Positions 39,027-51,868 of a stretch of 64,000 nt of DNA are shown here, in pieces. Where the stretch lies: the NCBI GenBank assembly GCA_944372115.1, contig CALVYH010000006.1, forward strand, positions 47 to 64,046, in the 5' to 3' direction. This stretch comes from an uncultured Bacilli bacterium (GTDB taxonomy: Bacteria > Bacillota_I > Bacilli_A > RFN20 > CAG-826). How positions within the stretch are numbered: the stretch's first letter is position 1; the number at the start of each line of letters is the position of its first letter. A program made the position numbers and the translations under genes. The notes under the pieces were generated by a model that did no database searches, had not been told where the DNA came from, and saw only the letters and a list, made by a program, of their open reading frames with translations.

Positions 39027-39584
39027 TTAATCCTCTCTTTTTAAAGAAGACATATCAATTCTTTCTTCTTTAATACTCTCTTTAATAGATTCTTTTAAAG
39101 AAGTTGGGTCATCATCTTCTAATGTAGTTTCATTTTTATTATCAAGTAAAAAATCATCATTTACTTCATGAGATTCAATATATTTTTCATCGTTTTTATC
39201 ATTATTTTCGTTATTCCTAGCAAGTTTTAAAAAATAATCAGGATCAGAAGCTAACTTTTTTTTAACTTCTTTAGAATCCATATTTGTAATAATGATGTTA
39301 TTAGTTGTGTTATAGGTTACGTTATTAGGATTAACATCTTCTAATTTAACATCATTTTTTTCTTCTTTAACATCTTCTTTATATCTATTTTTATTTAATA
39401 TAGCTTGAGCTTTAATTTCATTATCTTTAACTTTTTTCTTATATTTTTTATTTTTATATAAAAATATATAAAAAATATCTTTAAAAAGAAGATAAATTCC
39501 CATAATTATTAAATAACAAAGTAAAAATGGAAAAAGGATAAAATAAAGTAAACCAAGTCCAAATGTTTTAAAAAAATCTTTCAT
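39027..39584 (-). CDS. hypothetical protein (N-terminal TM helix, acidic and low-complexity C-terminus)
   Basis: 185-aa ORF, 3 bp upstream of the next minus-strand gene. Confidence 0.4.
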   Translation of the reverse strand: MKDFFKTFGLGLLYFILFPFLLCYLIIMGIYLLFKDIFYIFLYKNKKYKKKVKDNEIKAQAILNKNRYKEDVKEEKNDVKLEDVNPNNVTYNTTNNIIITNMDSKEVKKKLASDPDYFLKLARNNENNDKNDEKYIESHEVNDDFLLDNKNETTLEDDDPTSLKESIKESIKEERIDMSSLKRED

Positions 39585-39597
39585 AATAAATAATATT

Positions 39598-40539
39598 TTA
39601 TTTTATTTTTTTAAACTTATAAATAATTATTCTTTTTAATAGATAAAAGAAAGAAGAAATTAAAGGAGTTATATTTAAAAATAAAAATAAGTAAATCGGT
39701 TTAATATTTCTTAAATAAGCGATTAAAATAACAGGAATAATTAAAGAAATAAACGAGATAATCAATAAAAGAAAAGAAGAATTGCTTTTTATTTCTTCAT
39801 AAAGTAAAAAAGTTAATAAAATAAACGAAATAAGTAAAAAAGTATAAGAAAATGATAAAAAGAAAAATGCAGAAATAGTTAATAAAATCGAGGTAAAAAT
39901 AATTAAAAGAGCTAATATTTCTTTATTAAATTTTGAAGTATAAAAGATTAAATTTTTATCAAATCTTTTAATTTCGAAATTAATAAAGAAATATGAAATT
40001 AATATATTTATAAATGCATAAATAAATATAATTAAATAAATAAAATACGATGAATATGGGTTATTTACTAAATTAAAAAGAGATAAAAACACTTTTATAA
40101 AATCAAAATTAAATAAATAAATTCCTAAATAAATAAGTCCAATTTCAATGAATAAATTTAATATCGAAAGTAAGATTATAAGTAGATATTTATCGACTTT
40201 TAATATTCCTTTTTTAAAAATATTATCCTTATTTGTTAATCCTAAAGAAAAAATAAAAGAAATTAATAAAGATGGTAAAAAATAATAAATAGTAAAAGAA
40301 ATATTTCCAAAAGTTAGTAAAAATGAAAGAGCTAAAGCGATAAATACATATAAAAGATAATATCTTTTTTTAACAAATGTTGCTAAAACAGCTGAAGGAA
40401 AAGAGATTATTAAACTGATAAAAAGTATTGAAAAAGGTAAAAAAGTCCCTAATAAAATAAACACTAAATCAATAGCAACGATTAAAGAAATTAAAGGTAG
40501 AGAAGACAATAAATCTTTTTTATATTCAATAAGCTTCAT
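39598..40539 (-). CDS. hypothetical polytopic membrane protein
   Basis: 313 aa, almost entirely hydrophobic helices. Confidence 0.45.
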   Translation of the reverse strand: MKLIEYKKDLLSSLPLISLIVAIDLVFILLGTFLPFSILFISLIISFPSAVLATFVKKRYYLLYVFIALALSFLLTFGNISFTIYYFLPSLLISFIFSLGLTNKDNIFKKGILKVDKYLLIILLSILNLFIEIGLIYLGIYLFNFDFIKVFLSLFNLVNNPYSSYFIYLIIFIYAFINILISYFFINFEIKRFDKNLIFYTSKFNKEILALLIIFTSILLTISAFFFLSFSYTFLLISFILLTFLLYEEIKSNSSFLLLIISFISLIIPVILIAYLRNIKPIYLFLFLNITPLISSFFYLLKRIIIYKFKKIK

Positions 40540-40671
40540 TTTTAATATTATAAGACAAAATTAAGGAAATTATTTATAAAAAGAAATGCTGACAAAATCT
40601 ATGAACTAACAATATAAAACTTATTCTTTTAATATATTTATATATTAAAATTTGTTAGAATTTATAGCGTT

Positions 40672-42891
40672 ATGAATTTTGATTTAGAATTAAACACAAA
40701 ACAATATGAAGCTGTGACTTCAGAACATAAATATAACCGAATTATTGCAGGAGCAGGAAGTGGTAAAACAAGAGTTTTAACTTATCGACTCGCTTATTTA
40801 ATTGAAACGAAAAATATTGATCCGTATAATCTTTTAGCGATTACTTTCACAAATAAAGTTGCTAAAGAAATGAAAGAAAGAACTAAAGAATTGCTCCCTT
40901 CTTATGATTTAAAAGATTTAAAAATTTCAACATTCCATTCTTTTTGTAATTATTTTTTAAGAAGAGAAATTAAGGTATTAGGTTTACCTCGTTCTTTTTC
41001 TATTTTAGATGAAGAGGATAAAGAAAATTTGATTAAAGATATCGGTTTAGATATGGGCTATAGAAAGGGCGATGATATAATTGACCGTGCTATAAAATTT
41101 ATTGATTTTCATAAGATGCAGGGCGAACTTCCTAGCAATGTTGAAATTGATAAACTTGCAAGTAAATATAAACCTTGCTATGAATTTTTCAAGGAATATG
41201 AAAAAAGGAAAAATGCTCAATATAGTTTAGATTTTGATGATTTAATGATTTATACTGTTTTAATTTTAAAATCTTATCCAGAAATTAAGGAGCAATATAA
41301 TAATCGATTTAATGAAATTTTAATAGATGAATTTCAAGATACAAACAATCTTCAATTTGAACTTTTAACTCTTTTAGCTGGAAATCATGCAGGAATTTAT
41401 GTAGTTGGCGATCCAGACCAAACGATTTATACATGGAGAGGAGCTAATCAAAGAGTTATTTTAGATGTTGGTGAATATTTTAAACCATTAAATACTATCA
41501 TTCTTAATGAAAATTATCGTTCAACGGAAGAAATTTTATCTCACGCAAATACATTAATTGCTAAAAATGTCGAAAGAGTAAAAAAAGATTTATTTACATC
41601 TAAAAAAGGTGGAGAAAAAATTGTCGTTAACGAATCAAGTGATGAAAAAGAAGAAGCAAAATACGTTGTTAAAAAGATAACTGAATTAAAACTTATTAAA
41701 AAAGTAAATTTTAAAGACATTGCGATTTTATATCGTTCAGCTTTTTCATCAAGAGAATTTGAACGTCAACTCGTTTTTTCTCATATTCCTTATAAAATTT
41801 ATAGCGGTGTCAAATTCTATGAAAGAAAAGAAGTTAAGGATTGTCTCGCTTATTTTAAACTTTTAATAAATCCACTTGATGATGTTTCTTTTTCTAGAAT
41901 TATAAATATTCCTAGAAGAGGGATCGGAGATGCAACAATTGCAATGATTAAAAAAGAAGCAGCTGAAAGAAATCTTTCTTTATATAATTATTGTTTAAAT
42001 ATTGATCAATATATGTGTCCAATCTCACCAAGATTAATCAATAAAATTAAAGAAATGATTACTTTATTAGAAGATACAAAAAATAAAGTAAGCGATAAAA
42101 ATTTATCTTATTCAGAAGTTTTATCTGACCTTGTTTCTAATTTAAATTATTATGAATATTTAGAAGAAACTTTTGATGATGACGACGAAAGAATTGGTAA
42201 CGTCCATTCTTTAATTGAAGATGTTAGATCATTCTTAAAAGAAAATCCTGATTCAACTTTTGATGAATATTTACAAAATATTGCTCTTTTAACTCAACAA
42301 GATTCAATTAATGATAATGATGATGTAGTTAGTTTAATGACTGTTCATACTGCTAAAGGATTAGAATTTGATTATGTTTTCATTGTCAATTTTGCTGAAG
42401 GAATTTTCCCTAATGCAAGAAGTATAAGTGAAAATGGAATGAAGGCTTTGGAAGAAGAAAGAAGACTTGCATATGTTGCAATTACTAGAGCAAAAAAAGA
42501 ACTTTTTATAACTTATAATACAGGTTTTTCTTATATGAATCATGGAAATTCTCGTGCTTCTCAATTTTTAAGCGAAGCTAACTTAAGTATTAAAAAGGTT
42601 ATTGCAGAATCTCCTAGAAAAAGTGATTCAACTGGTCGTATTTATAAAATCAATATTGCTGGAAGTGGCTTAGGAAATGTTAGAGAAACTCGAGTTAATC
42701 GAAATGAAAGTGCTGTTTCCTATGATGTTGGCAATAATATTAAATGGAATGTTGGAGATATGGCAATCCATGAAGCATTTGGCGAAGGAAAAGTTTTAAA
42801 AATTGAAGGTGATATTTTAACAGTAGATTTTAAAAATTTTGGAGTCAAAAAAATGCTAGGAACTCATAAAAAAATGAAAAAGAAGGAGTAA
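40672..42891 (+). CDS. pcrA: ATP-dependent DNA helicase PcrA (UvrD/Rep family)
   Basis: Motif I GAGSGKT, motif II DEFQDTN, motif VI VAITRAKK. Conserved pcrA-ligA linkage. Confidence 0.9.
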   Translation: MNFDLELNTKQYEAVTSEHKYNRIIAGAGSGKTRVLTYRLAYLIETKNIDPYNLLAITFTNKVAKEMKERTKELLPSYDLKDLKISTFHSFCNYFLRREIKVLGLPRSFSILDEEDKENLIKDIGLDMGYRKGDDIIDRAIKFIDFHKMQGELPSNVEIDKLASKYKPCYEFFKEYEKRKNAQYSLDFDDLMIYTVLILKSYPEIKEQYNNRFNEILIDEFQDTNNLQFELLTLLAGNHAGIYVVGDPDQTIYTWRGANQRVILDVGEYFKPLNTIILNENYRSTEEILSHANTLIAKNVERVKKDLFTSKKGGEKIVVNESSDEKEEAKYVVKKITELKLIKKVNFKDIAILYRSAFSSREFERQLVFSHIPYKIYSGVKFYERKEVKDCLAYFKLLINPLDDVSFSRIINIPRRGIGDATIAMIKKEAAERNLSLYNYCLNIDQYMCPISPRLINKIKEMITLLEDTKNKVSDKNLSYSEVLSDLVSNLNYYEYLEETFDDDDERIGNVHSLIEDVRSFLKENPDSTFDEYLQNIALLTQQDSINDNDDVVSLMTVHTAKGLEFDYVFIVNFAEGIFPNARSISENGMKALEEERRLAYVAITRAKKELFITYNTGFSYMNHGNSRASQFLSEANLSIKKVIAESPRKSDSTGRIYKINIAGSGLGNVRETRVNRNESAVSYDVGNNIKWNVGDMAIHEAFGEGKVLKIEGDILTVDFKNFGVKKMLGTHKKMKKKE

Positions 42892-44910
<2,019 letters not shown>

Positions 44911-44912
44911 TT

Positions 44913-45218
44913 ATGAAAGAAGTTAATAAAGCTGTTTTGCAAGATGCAGCTAAGCGATTATTGTTCGATATGAAAGATGAAGAATACGACACTCTTTTAA
45001 ATGAATTTGCAATAATTACAAAACAACTTAAATTGATGGATGATATTGAAGGATTAGATCAAGTCGAACCAATGTCTTTTCCTTATATTGATGAATCATT
45101 TTCACTTTTAAGAGATGATGAACCAGTAAAAGAAGATGAAGTTAATAAAGAAGAGATGTTAAAGAACGCAAAAGTTCATAGAGATGGACAAGTTAAACTT
45201 CCAAAGGTGGTTAATTAG
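44913..45218 (+). CDS. gatC: Asp/Glu-tRNA(Asn/Gln) amidotransferase subunit C
   Basis: ~100 aa, immediately upstream of gatA and gatB. Confidence 0.8.
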   Translation: MKEVNKAVLQDAAKRLLFDMKDEEYDTLLNEFAIITKQLKLMDDIEGLDQVEPMSFPYIDESFSLLRDDEPVKEDEVNKEEMLKNAKVHRDGQVKLPKVVN

Positions 45219-45220
45219 TT

Positions 45221-46696
45221 ATGAGTTATTTAGATTTAACGATAAAAGAAATACACGAAGCATTAGTTAATAAAGAAGTAAAAGTATCAGATTTAGTAAA
45301 AGAAGCTATTGAAAGATGCAAAAACGATAAATTTAATGCCCTAGAAGAAACAAACTATAAAGAAGCTTTAAAAGAAGCTTTAGAATTAGATACTAAAGAA
45401 GTTCCAAGTGATAATTATTTATTTGGTATTCCTTATGTTGCTAAAGATAATTTATCAACTAGAGGTCTTGAAACAACTGCAGGAAGTAATATTTTGAATG
45501 GATATATTCCTTCTTTTGACGCAACAGTTATTAAATTATTAAAAGAAAATCATGCAATTATGATTGCAAAAGCTACTTTAGATGAGCTCGCTATGGGTGG
45601 AAGTGGGAAAAGCGGTCATAAAGGAATTCAATATAATCCATATGATGAGACAAAAAACCATTTAATTGGCGGATCTTCAAGTGGAAGTGCAATTGTTACC
45701 GCTGCTTCATATGTTCCTTTTGCTTTAGGAAGTGACACTGGTGATTCAATTAGAAAACCCGCTTCATATGCTGGGCTTGTTGGTTATAAACCTACTTATG
45801 GGCTTATTTCTAGATTTGGCTTATTCCCATTTACTGTTTCTTTAGATCATGTTGGATATTTTACAAGAAGTGTCGATGATGCTGCTATTTTATTTGATTA
45901 TTTAAATAAATATGATGAAAGGGACTATACTTCTTCATTAAAAGAAAGAAATAAAGTTTATCCTTTAAAAGAAAATAAAGGTAAGTTTAAAATTGCTGTT
46001 TTAAAAGAAGTTATTGATTCGATTAAAGATGAAAAAATCTTAAATGATTTTAATAATTTAGTTGAAAAAGCAAAAGAAGAAGGAAATATAGTCGATGTTG
46101 TCTCAATTGATTCTTCAATTTTGAAAGCTATTTATCCTGCTTATATTATCATTTCTAGTGCTGAAGCTACTTCAAATAATGCAAATTTAGACGGTATTAA
46201 ATTTGGAAATAGAAAAGAAGGAAATAGCTATCAAGAAGTTATGTTTAATACTAGAAATGAAGGTTTTAGTGAACTTATTAAAAGAAGATTCGTTTTAGGC
46301 TCTTATGCTTTAATGAGCGAAAATCAAGAAGAAGTTTATTTAAAAGCTAAAAGAGTTAGAAGAGTTGTTGTTGATAAGGTAAATAAAATTTTTGAAAAAT
46401 ACGATTGTCTTATCGCACCAGCTTCTCCAACAACCGCTCATTCTTTAAGTGAAGTTAGTGATAATCTTGATGATACATATTTAATTGCTGATAACTATTT
46501 AGGAATTGGAAATTTTGGTGGTTTCCCTTCAGTTACAATTCCTTTAGGTATAAAAAATCACCTTCCTTTTGGACTTTCAATTACTGGTAAAATCTTTGAT
46601 GATGAAAAAGTATTTGAAATTGCCAAAGATTTCGAAGATATCTTAGGATTAAAAAATCTTTCTACTATTACATTATCAACAAAGGAGACTAAATAA
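45221..46696 (+). CDS. gatA: Asp/Glu-tRNA(Asn/Gln) amidotransferase subunit A (amidase signature family)
   Basis: Amidase signature GGSSSGSAIVTAAS. 491 aa. Confidence 0.9.
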   Translation: MSYLDLTIKEIHEALVNKEVKVSDLVKEAIERCKNDKFNALEETNYKEALKEALELDTKEVPSDNYLFGIPYVAKDNLSTRGLETTAGSNILNGYIPSFDATVIKLLKENHAIMIAKATLDELAMGGSGKSGHKGIQYNPYDETKNHLIGGSSSGSAIVTAASYVPFALGSDTGDSIRKPASYAGLVGYKPTYGLISRFGLFPFTVSLDHVGYFTRSVDDAAILFDYLNKYDERDYTSSLKERNKVYPLKENKGKFKIAVLKEVIDSIKDEKILNDFNNLVEKAKEEGNIVDVVSIDSSILKAIYPAYIIISSAEATSNNANLDGIKFGNRKEGNSYQEVMFNTRNEGFSELIKRRFVLGSYALMSENQEEVYLKAKRVRRVVVDKVNKIFEKYDCLIAPASPTTAHSLSEVSDNLDDTYLIADNYLGIGNFGGFPSVTIPLGIKNHLPFGLSITGKIFDDEKVFEIAKDFEDILGLKNLSTITLSTKETK

Positions 46697-46698
46697 TT

Positions 46699-48123
46699 AT
46701 GAATTTTGAAGCTGTTATTGGTCTTGAAATACACGTTGAAATGAAAACAAAATCAAAAATGTTTTCAAACGCGCCTATTCATTTTAAAAGTGAACCAAAT
46801 ACAAATATTACATATTTAGATTTAGCTTATCCGGGTTCTTTGCCTCGTTTAAATAAGCAAGGCGTTATTAATGCGATAAGAGTTTGTCATGCCTTACATA
46901 TGGAAATTGATCACACTTTATTTTTTGATCGTAAAAATTATTTTTATGCCGACTTACCAAAAGGATATCAAATTACTCAACAAAATCGTCCAATTGGTAA
47001 AAATGGATATTTAGAAATCGAAATTGATGGCAAAAAGAAAAAAATCGGTATCGAAAGACTTCATATGGAAGAAGATACTGCAATGCAACATCATTTTAGT
47101 GATTATACATTGCTTGATTATAATCGTGCTGGTATTCCTCTTGTTGAAATCGTTTCTTATCCTGAAATTAGAAATGGTGAAGAAGCAAGAAAATATGTTG
47201 AAAAAATTAAAGAAATCGTTACTTATCTTGATGTAAGTGATGGAAAAATGGAAAATGGTTCCCTTAGATGTGACGTTAACGTCTCTATTCGTCCATTTGG
47301 AAGCGATAAATTTGGGACAAAAGTTGAAGTTAAAAACTTAAACTCAACAGCAAATATTGAAACTGCAATTGATTATGAAATGATGAGACAAGCTTCACTT
47401 TTAATTAAAGGAGAAGCTATTCAACAAGAGACTCGTCGTTTTGATGAAGCAAAAAAAGAAACAGTCTTAATGAGAGTTAAAACTGATGCAGTTGACTATA
47501 AATATTTTAGCGAAGGAAATATTCCTCCTGTTCATTTAAGTGATGAATTTATTGAAAATGCAATAAAAACATCTAATGAATTATATGACCAAAAATTAGA
47601 AAGGTTTGAAAATAACTATAAATTAAATTTGGTCGATGCAAAAATTTTGCTTTCTAGTAAAGAATTGTCAGTTTATTATGATGAAGCTGCTAAACATACA
47701 GATTTATATCAACCTTTAGCAAATTATATTATTTCTGAAGTTTTAGGTTATTTAAATAAAAATAACTTAACAATAAATGAATTTAATGTAAAAGCTAAAG
47801 ATATTGCTGATTTAGTAATTTTATTAAATGAAAAGAAAATTAATTCCAAACAAGGTAAAGATATATTTGCAAAAATGATTGAAACTAATAAATCACCTTT
47901 AGTTTTAAAAGAAGAAATGGGTGCAACAATTATTTCGGATGAAAATCAAATAAGAGTAGATATTCAAGAAATAATTGCTCAAAATCCTACTCTTCCTGAT
48001 GATTTTAAAAATGGTAAAACAAGAGCTCAAGGATTTGTCATGGGTTTACTTATGAAGAAAAATAAAGGAAAAGTTGATCCGATTGTTGCAAATAAACTGA
48101 TTGTCGAAGAATTAAAAAAATAA
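46699..48123 (+). CDS. gatB: Asp/Glu-tRNA(Asn/Gln) amidotransferase subunit B
   Basis: N-terminal GLEIHVEMKTKSKMFS typical of GatB. 474 aa. Confidence 0.9.
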   Translation: MNFEAVIGLEIHVEMKTKSKMFSNAPIHFKSEPNTNITYLDLAYPGSLPRLNKQGVINAIRVCHALHMEIDHTLFFDRKNYFYADLPKGYQITQQNRPIGKNGYLEIEIDGKKKKIGIERLHMEEDTAMQHHFSDYTLLDYNRAGIPLVEIVSYPEIRNGEEARKYVEKIKEIVTYLDVSDGKMENGSLRCDVNVSIRPFGSDKFGTKVEVKNLNSTANIETAIDYEMMRQASLLIKGEAIQQETRRFDEAKKETVLMRVKTDAVDYKYFSEGNIPPVHLSDEFIENAIKTSNELYDQKLERFENNYKLNLVDAKILLSSKELSVYYDEAAKHTDLYQPLANYIISEVLGYLNKNNLTINEFNVKAKDIADLVILLNEKKINSKQGKDIFAKMIETNKSPLVLKEEMGATIISDENQIRVDIQEIIAQNPTLPDDFKNGKTRAQGFVMGLLMKKNKGKVDPIVANKLIVEELKK

Positions 48124-48141
48124 ATTAATGGGGTAGAAAAT

Positions 48142-49491
48142 ATGAAAAACGTTGATATTAAAGAAGAAAATATTTCAGAGTCTTTATCAAATACTTTCAA
48201 AGAAAAATATTTAAATGATAAAAAGAATGCTTGTGTTAGACATTCTTTAATTAAAAATTCAATCGTTGATGTTGTTTATGATAACAAAAATGAAATCGAT
48301 ACAACTTTTATTTTTTCAAACGAAGTAAAGACTTTACCAGTTTGTAATCAAAAAGCTAGTGGAAGATGTTGGATTTTCGCTGGATTAAATGTTTTAAGAG
48401 AAATTATTGCTAAAAAATTAAATTTAAGAAATTTCGAATTATCACAAAATTATATTGCTTTATGTGATAAACTTGAAAAAGCTAATTATTGCTTAACTTC
48501 AATTATTGATCTTATTGGCAATGAACCAGATGAAAGAGTTTTAATGCATGTTTTAACTAATGGTGTAGGTGACGGTGGCCAATGGGATATGTTTAGAAAC
48601 TTAGTTGTTAAATATGGTTTGTTACCAAAAAATAATTTTAATGAAACCTTTCAATCATCAAATACAGCTGAATCAAACCATCTTTTAAATACTTATATTA
48701 GAAATTTTGCTGCAAACGCTAAAAAATTAGCCAAAGAAGGCAAAAAAGATGAAATTCATGCATTAAAAAATAAATATTTAGAAAATATTTATAATTTATT
48801 AACAAATTCTTTTGGTGTTCCTCCTACCGAATTTGACTTTGAATATTATGATAAGGATGATGTTTATCATCTTGAAAAAGGTTTAACTCCAAAATCTTTC
48901 TTTGAAAAATATATTGGAAGTGAAATTGACGAATATGTATCAATCATTAATTCTCCTACCAAAGATAAACCATTTAATAAAGTTTATACTATCGATTATT
49001 TAAATAATGTTGTCGAAGGAAAACCTATTAAACATTTAAATCTTCCAATGGAAAGAATCAAAGAATTAGTCGAAAAACAAATTGATGATAATAATATTGT
49101 TTGGTTTGGTAGCGATGTATCTTTTTATAGAAATAGAAAAGCTGGAATTTGGGATGATTTAAGTTTTGATTATTTAAGTGCATTTAATATTGATTATAAA
49201 TTTTCAAAAGAAGATATGTTAGATTTCCATGCTTCTGTTATGAATCATGCAATGTGTTTAACTGGTTATAATAAAAAGGATGAAAAAACAAATCGTTATA
49301 AGGTCGAAAATTCTTGGGGAGAAGAAGTTGGAAATAAAGGATATTTTATTATGTCTTCTTCGTGGTTTGATTCATTTGTTTATCAAGCTGTTATTTTAAA
49401 GAAATATTTAACTAAAGAAGAACTTGAAGCTTACGATAAAGATCCGATCGTTTTAGCTCCTTGGGATCCAATGGGAACTTTAGCTGATTAA
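48142..49491 (+). CDS. pepC: aminopeptidase C (bleomycin hydrolase-type C1 peptidase)
   Basis: Active-site block QKASGRCWIFAGLN, characteristic of PepC. 449 aa. Confidence 0.85.
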   Translation: MKNVDIKEENISESLSNTFKEKYLNDKKNACVRHSLIKNSIVDVVYDNKNEIDTTFIFSNEVKTLPVCNQKASGRCWIFAGLNVLREIIAKKLNLRNFELSQNYIALCDKLEKANYCLTSIIDLIGNEPDERVLMHVLTNGVGDGGQWDMFRNLVVKYGLLPKNNFNETFQSSNTAESNHLLNTYIRNFAANAKKLAKEGKKDEIHALKNKYLENIYNLLTNSFGVPPTEFDFEYYDKDDVYHLEKGLTPKSFFEKYIGSEIDEYVSIINSPTKDKPFNKVYTIDYLNNVVEGKPIKHLNLPMERIKELVEKQIDDNNIVWFGSDVSFYRNRKAGIWDDLSFDYLSAFNIDYKFSKEDMLDFHASVMNHAMCLTGYNKKDEKTNRYKVENSWGEEVGNKGYFIMSSSWFDSFVYQAVILKKYLTKEELEAYDKDPIVLAPWDPMGTLAD

Positions 49492-49517
49492 TTATTCATA
49501 ATTCGTGTTTTTGCTAC

Positions 49518-49546
49518 TTGACATAAATTTTATTTGGCACTATACT
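49518..49546 (+). promoter_or_regulatory. near-consensus sigma-70 promoter
   Basis: TTGACA, then 17 nt, then TATACT. Roughly 85 nt upstream of the small ORF at 49633. Confidence 0.55.
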
Positions 49547-49632
49547 TATAAATCTTAAGCAAATTAGATAATGTTTATAACCCAAATACATATCAATTAA
49601 TGCTTAAGTAAAACGAAAAGGAGACGATAAGA

Positions 49633-49773
49633 ATGATTAAAAAACTCATTAATATGATGAGTGGCAAACGTCATTCTTATAAAGACACGAATTCATACAG
49701 AAATGAAAATGGGTTGGAAAACTTTATAAACGACTATGTCACTTATCTAGATTTAAAAGATTTAAATCTTTAA
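49633..49773 (+). CDS. possible 46-aa small protein (MIKKLINMMSGKRHSYKDTNSYRNENGLENFINDYVTYLDLKDLNL)
   Basis: AAAGGAGACG RBS 8 nt upstream. A consensus promoter precedes it and a terminator follows. Confidence 0.3.
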   Translation: MIKKLINMMSGKRHSYKDTNSYRNENGLENFINDYVTYLDLKDLNL

Positions 49774-49782
49774 GTAAAAACT

Positions 49783-49811
49783 GACTACTTGAAAAAAGTA
49801 GTCTTTTTTTA
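49783..49811 (+). terminator. rho-independent terminator
   Basis: GACTACTT-gaaaaa-AAGTAGTC followed by TTTTTTT. Confidence 0.7.
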
Positions 49812-49857
49812 TTTTTAGTGAATATTTTTTCTTACTTCTAGCATTCTTGTATTATGT

Positions 49858-51867
49858 ATGATAGAAGTAAAGAATTTACAAATGGTATTTGAAGTAAATA
49901 AAAGAAAAATATCAGTTATTAACAATTTATCCTTTTTTCTCCCTGAAAAAGGAATGTATTTTATTGAAGGGAAAAGTGGAAGTGGAAAATCTACTCTTTT
50001 AAATTTAATTGAAGGCTTATATAAACCTACAAAAGGTTATATAAAAATCAATAATAAAAGAATCGACGCCTTAAATGAAGAAGAAAAAACTAATTTTTAT
50101 AAAAATGATGTCGGTATTTTATTTCAATCATTTAATCTTTTTAATGATTTAACTTTAAAAGAGAATTTGCAAATAACTTCGTTAATTAAAGAAGATATCA
50201 ATGAAAGTATAGTTAAAAGATACCTTTCTAAATTTAGGCTAAGTGAAAAATTAAACCAAAAAGTTTATACGTTAAGTGGAGGAGAAAAACAAAGACTCGG
50301 CTTAATTCGTTCTTTAATTAATAAACCTAAAATAATTTTAGCTGATGAGCCTACTGGTGCTTTAGATGAAGATTCTTCAATCGTTTTAATGGATGAATTA
50401 AAGAAAATTAGCGAAAATTCTCTCGTTTTAGTTGTAACTCATAATCATGATTTAGTTACTAAATATGGAGATGGTTCAATATTGTTTTTAGATAAGGGTT
50501 ATGAATTAAATAATGTTTTAAAAGAAAATCCTAATGAAAATTTAAATATCATTAAAAACAAAAAGAAAACAAAAGAAAAAATTAAATTTTATCTTCCTTT
50601 ATTATTAAGAAATTTATTAAAAAACATAAAGCGTAATGTTTTTATGGCTTTATCTATTGTTTTTTCTATAGTTATTACAATTTTTTCCTTTGCTTTTTAT
50701 ATAAATATTAATAATTTTTCATCCTCTTTAATATATTCTTTCCCATCTTATAATGTATATGAAGTATATAGAAGTTTTTCTTCTTCGATAAATGATTCTT
50801 CTTTATCAATTGAGAGAAAAGAAAAGATTGATAATATCGATATTATTAGTTTCTTAAAAGAGAACAATTTTGAGAATTATATAATTAAAGATAATTTTGA
50901 TTATTTCTTTAAAAACAATGTTGTCACCATTGACGGAGAAAGTTATGAAAATATAGCTTTTATTCCATCGTTTGAATTAAACGAAAATGAAGTGATTGTT
51001 AATGAAGCTTTTGTTTCAACTTATATTAAAGAATTTCAAGAAGGAATGAGTCTTAATTTTAAAAGTGAAAATGAATATAGTTCTTATTCAAAAATTTTAA
51101 AAGACGAAATTAATGAGGCTTTAAAATTTGATATAAACTTTATAATAAAAAAGGTAAGCGAAGAATTTAATTTTTTATCAACACCAAAAGTATATTATTC
51201 TTATAGATTTTTTGAAAGTTATTTATCTCTTAGTTTGGCAGCGAATTTTTCTTCTTTAGAAAACACAAATAAAACATATTTAGATTTATTAAAAACGGCG
51301 GAAAACAACGATCCAATAACTTCTTATTCTTCTTATGTTTTTATTGGAAAAGATGATTTTAATAGATTTAATGATTTTATTCAAATAGATGAAAACATTG
51401 ATGATTATCGTTTTTATAATGATGCATCGACAATAGTTTCTTCGTTTAACGATATAATTAATACTCTTTTTATTGCATTAATAGTGTTTATTATAATTAT
51501 TTCTTTAACCTCAATTTTTATAATTTTCTCATTAACTTTCTATTCTTATTTATCTAGTAAAAAAGAAAGAGCGATTTTATTTTTGCTTGGTTCAAATAAA
51601 AAAAGTATCGATTTAATATATGTTTTAGAACCTTTAATAATCTATTTAATTTCTTTTATTGGCGGTTTAATTTTATTTAATGTTATAAAAAATCCTATAT
51701 TGAACAAGATTAATAGTGTTTTAACAATAAATTTAGCAATAAATCCATCTCTTTTATTTATTTTTATAATTTTTATTATTTATTTTTTAATCATTTTGTT
51801 ATCTTCTCTTATTCCTTTTTTAATTTCAAAAAACATAGATATTGCAAAAGAACTTAAGGAGGAATGA
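49858..51867 (+). CDS. fused ABC ATP-binding domain + FtsX-like permease (MacB-type architecture)
   Basis: N-terminal NBD (Walker A GKSGSGKST, signature LSGGEKQRLGLIRSL, Walker B ILADEPTGALD). C-terminal ~4 TM FtsX-like helices. Confidence 0.75.
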   Translation: MIEVKNLQMVFEVNKRKISVINNLSFFLPEKGMYFIEGKSGSGKSTLLNLIEGLYKPTKGYIKINNKRIDALNEEEKTNFYKNDVGILFQSFNLFNDLTLKENLQITSLIKEDINESIVKRYLSKFRLSEKLNQKVYTLSGGEKQRLGLIRSLINKPKIILADEPTGALDEDSSIVLMDELKKISENSLVLVVTHNHDLVTKYGDGSILFLDKGYELNNVLKENPNENLNIIKNKKKTKEKIKFYLPLLLRNLLKNIKRNVFMALSIVFSIVITIFSFAFYININNFSSSLIYSFPSYNVYEVYRSFSSSINDSSLSIERKEKIDNIDIISFLKENNFENYIIKDNFDYFFKNNVVTIDGESYENIAFIPSFELNENEVIVNEAFVSTYIKEFQEGMSLNFKSENEYSSYSKILKDEINEALKFDINFIIKKVSEEFNFLSTPKVYYSYRFFESYLSLSLAANFSSLENTNKTYLDLLKTAENNDPITSYSSYVFIGKDDFNRFNDFIQIDENIDDYRFYNDASTIVSSFNDIINTLFIALIVFIIIISLTSIFIIFSLTFYSYLSSKKERAILFLLGSNKKSIDLIYVLEPLIIYLISFIGGLILFNVIKNPILNKINSVLTINLAINPSLLFIFIIFIIYFLIILLSSLIPFLISKNIDIAKELKEE

Positions 51868-51868
51868 T

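Noticed and set aside
42361-42564. Minus-strand 67-aa ORF inside pcrA
   Set aside because: Antisense shadow.
47024-47236. Plus-strand 70-aa ORF inside gatB, alternative frame
   Set aside because: Out-of-frame shadow inside a gene with a clear GatB signature.
49492-49632. T-box or other riboswitch in the leader before the 49633 ORF
   Set aside because: The leader is only ~85 nt and lacks T-box specifier / antiterminator conserved sequences. Only a promoter is evident.
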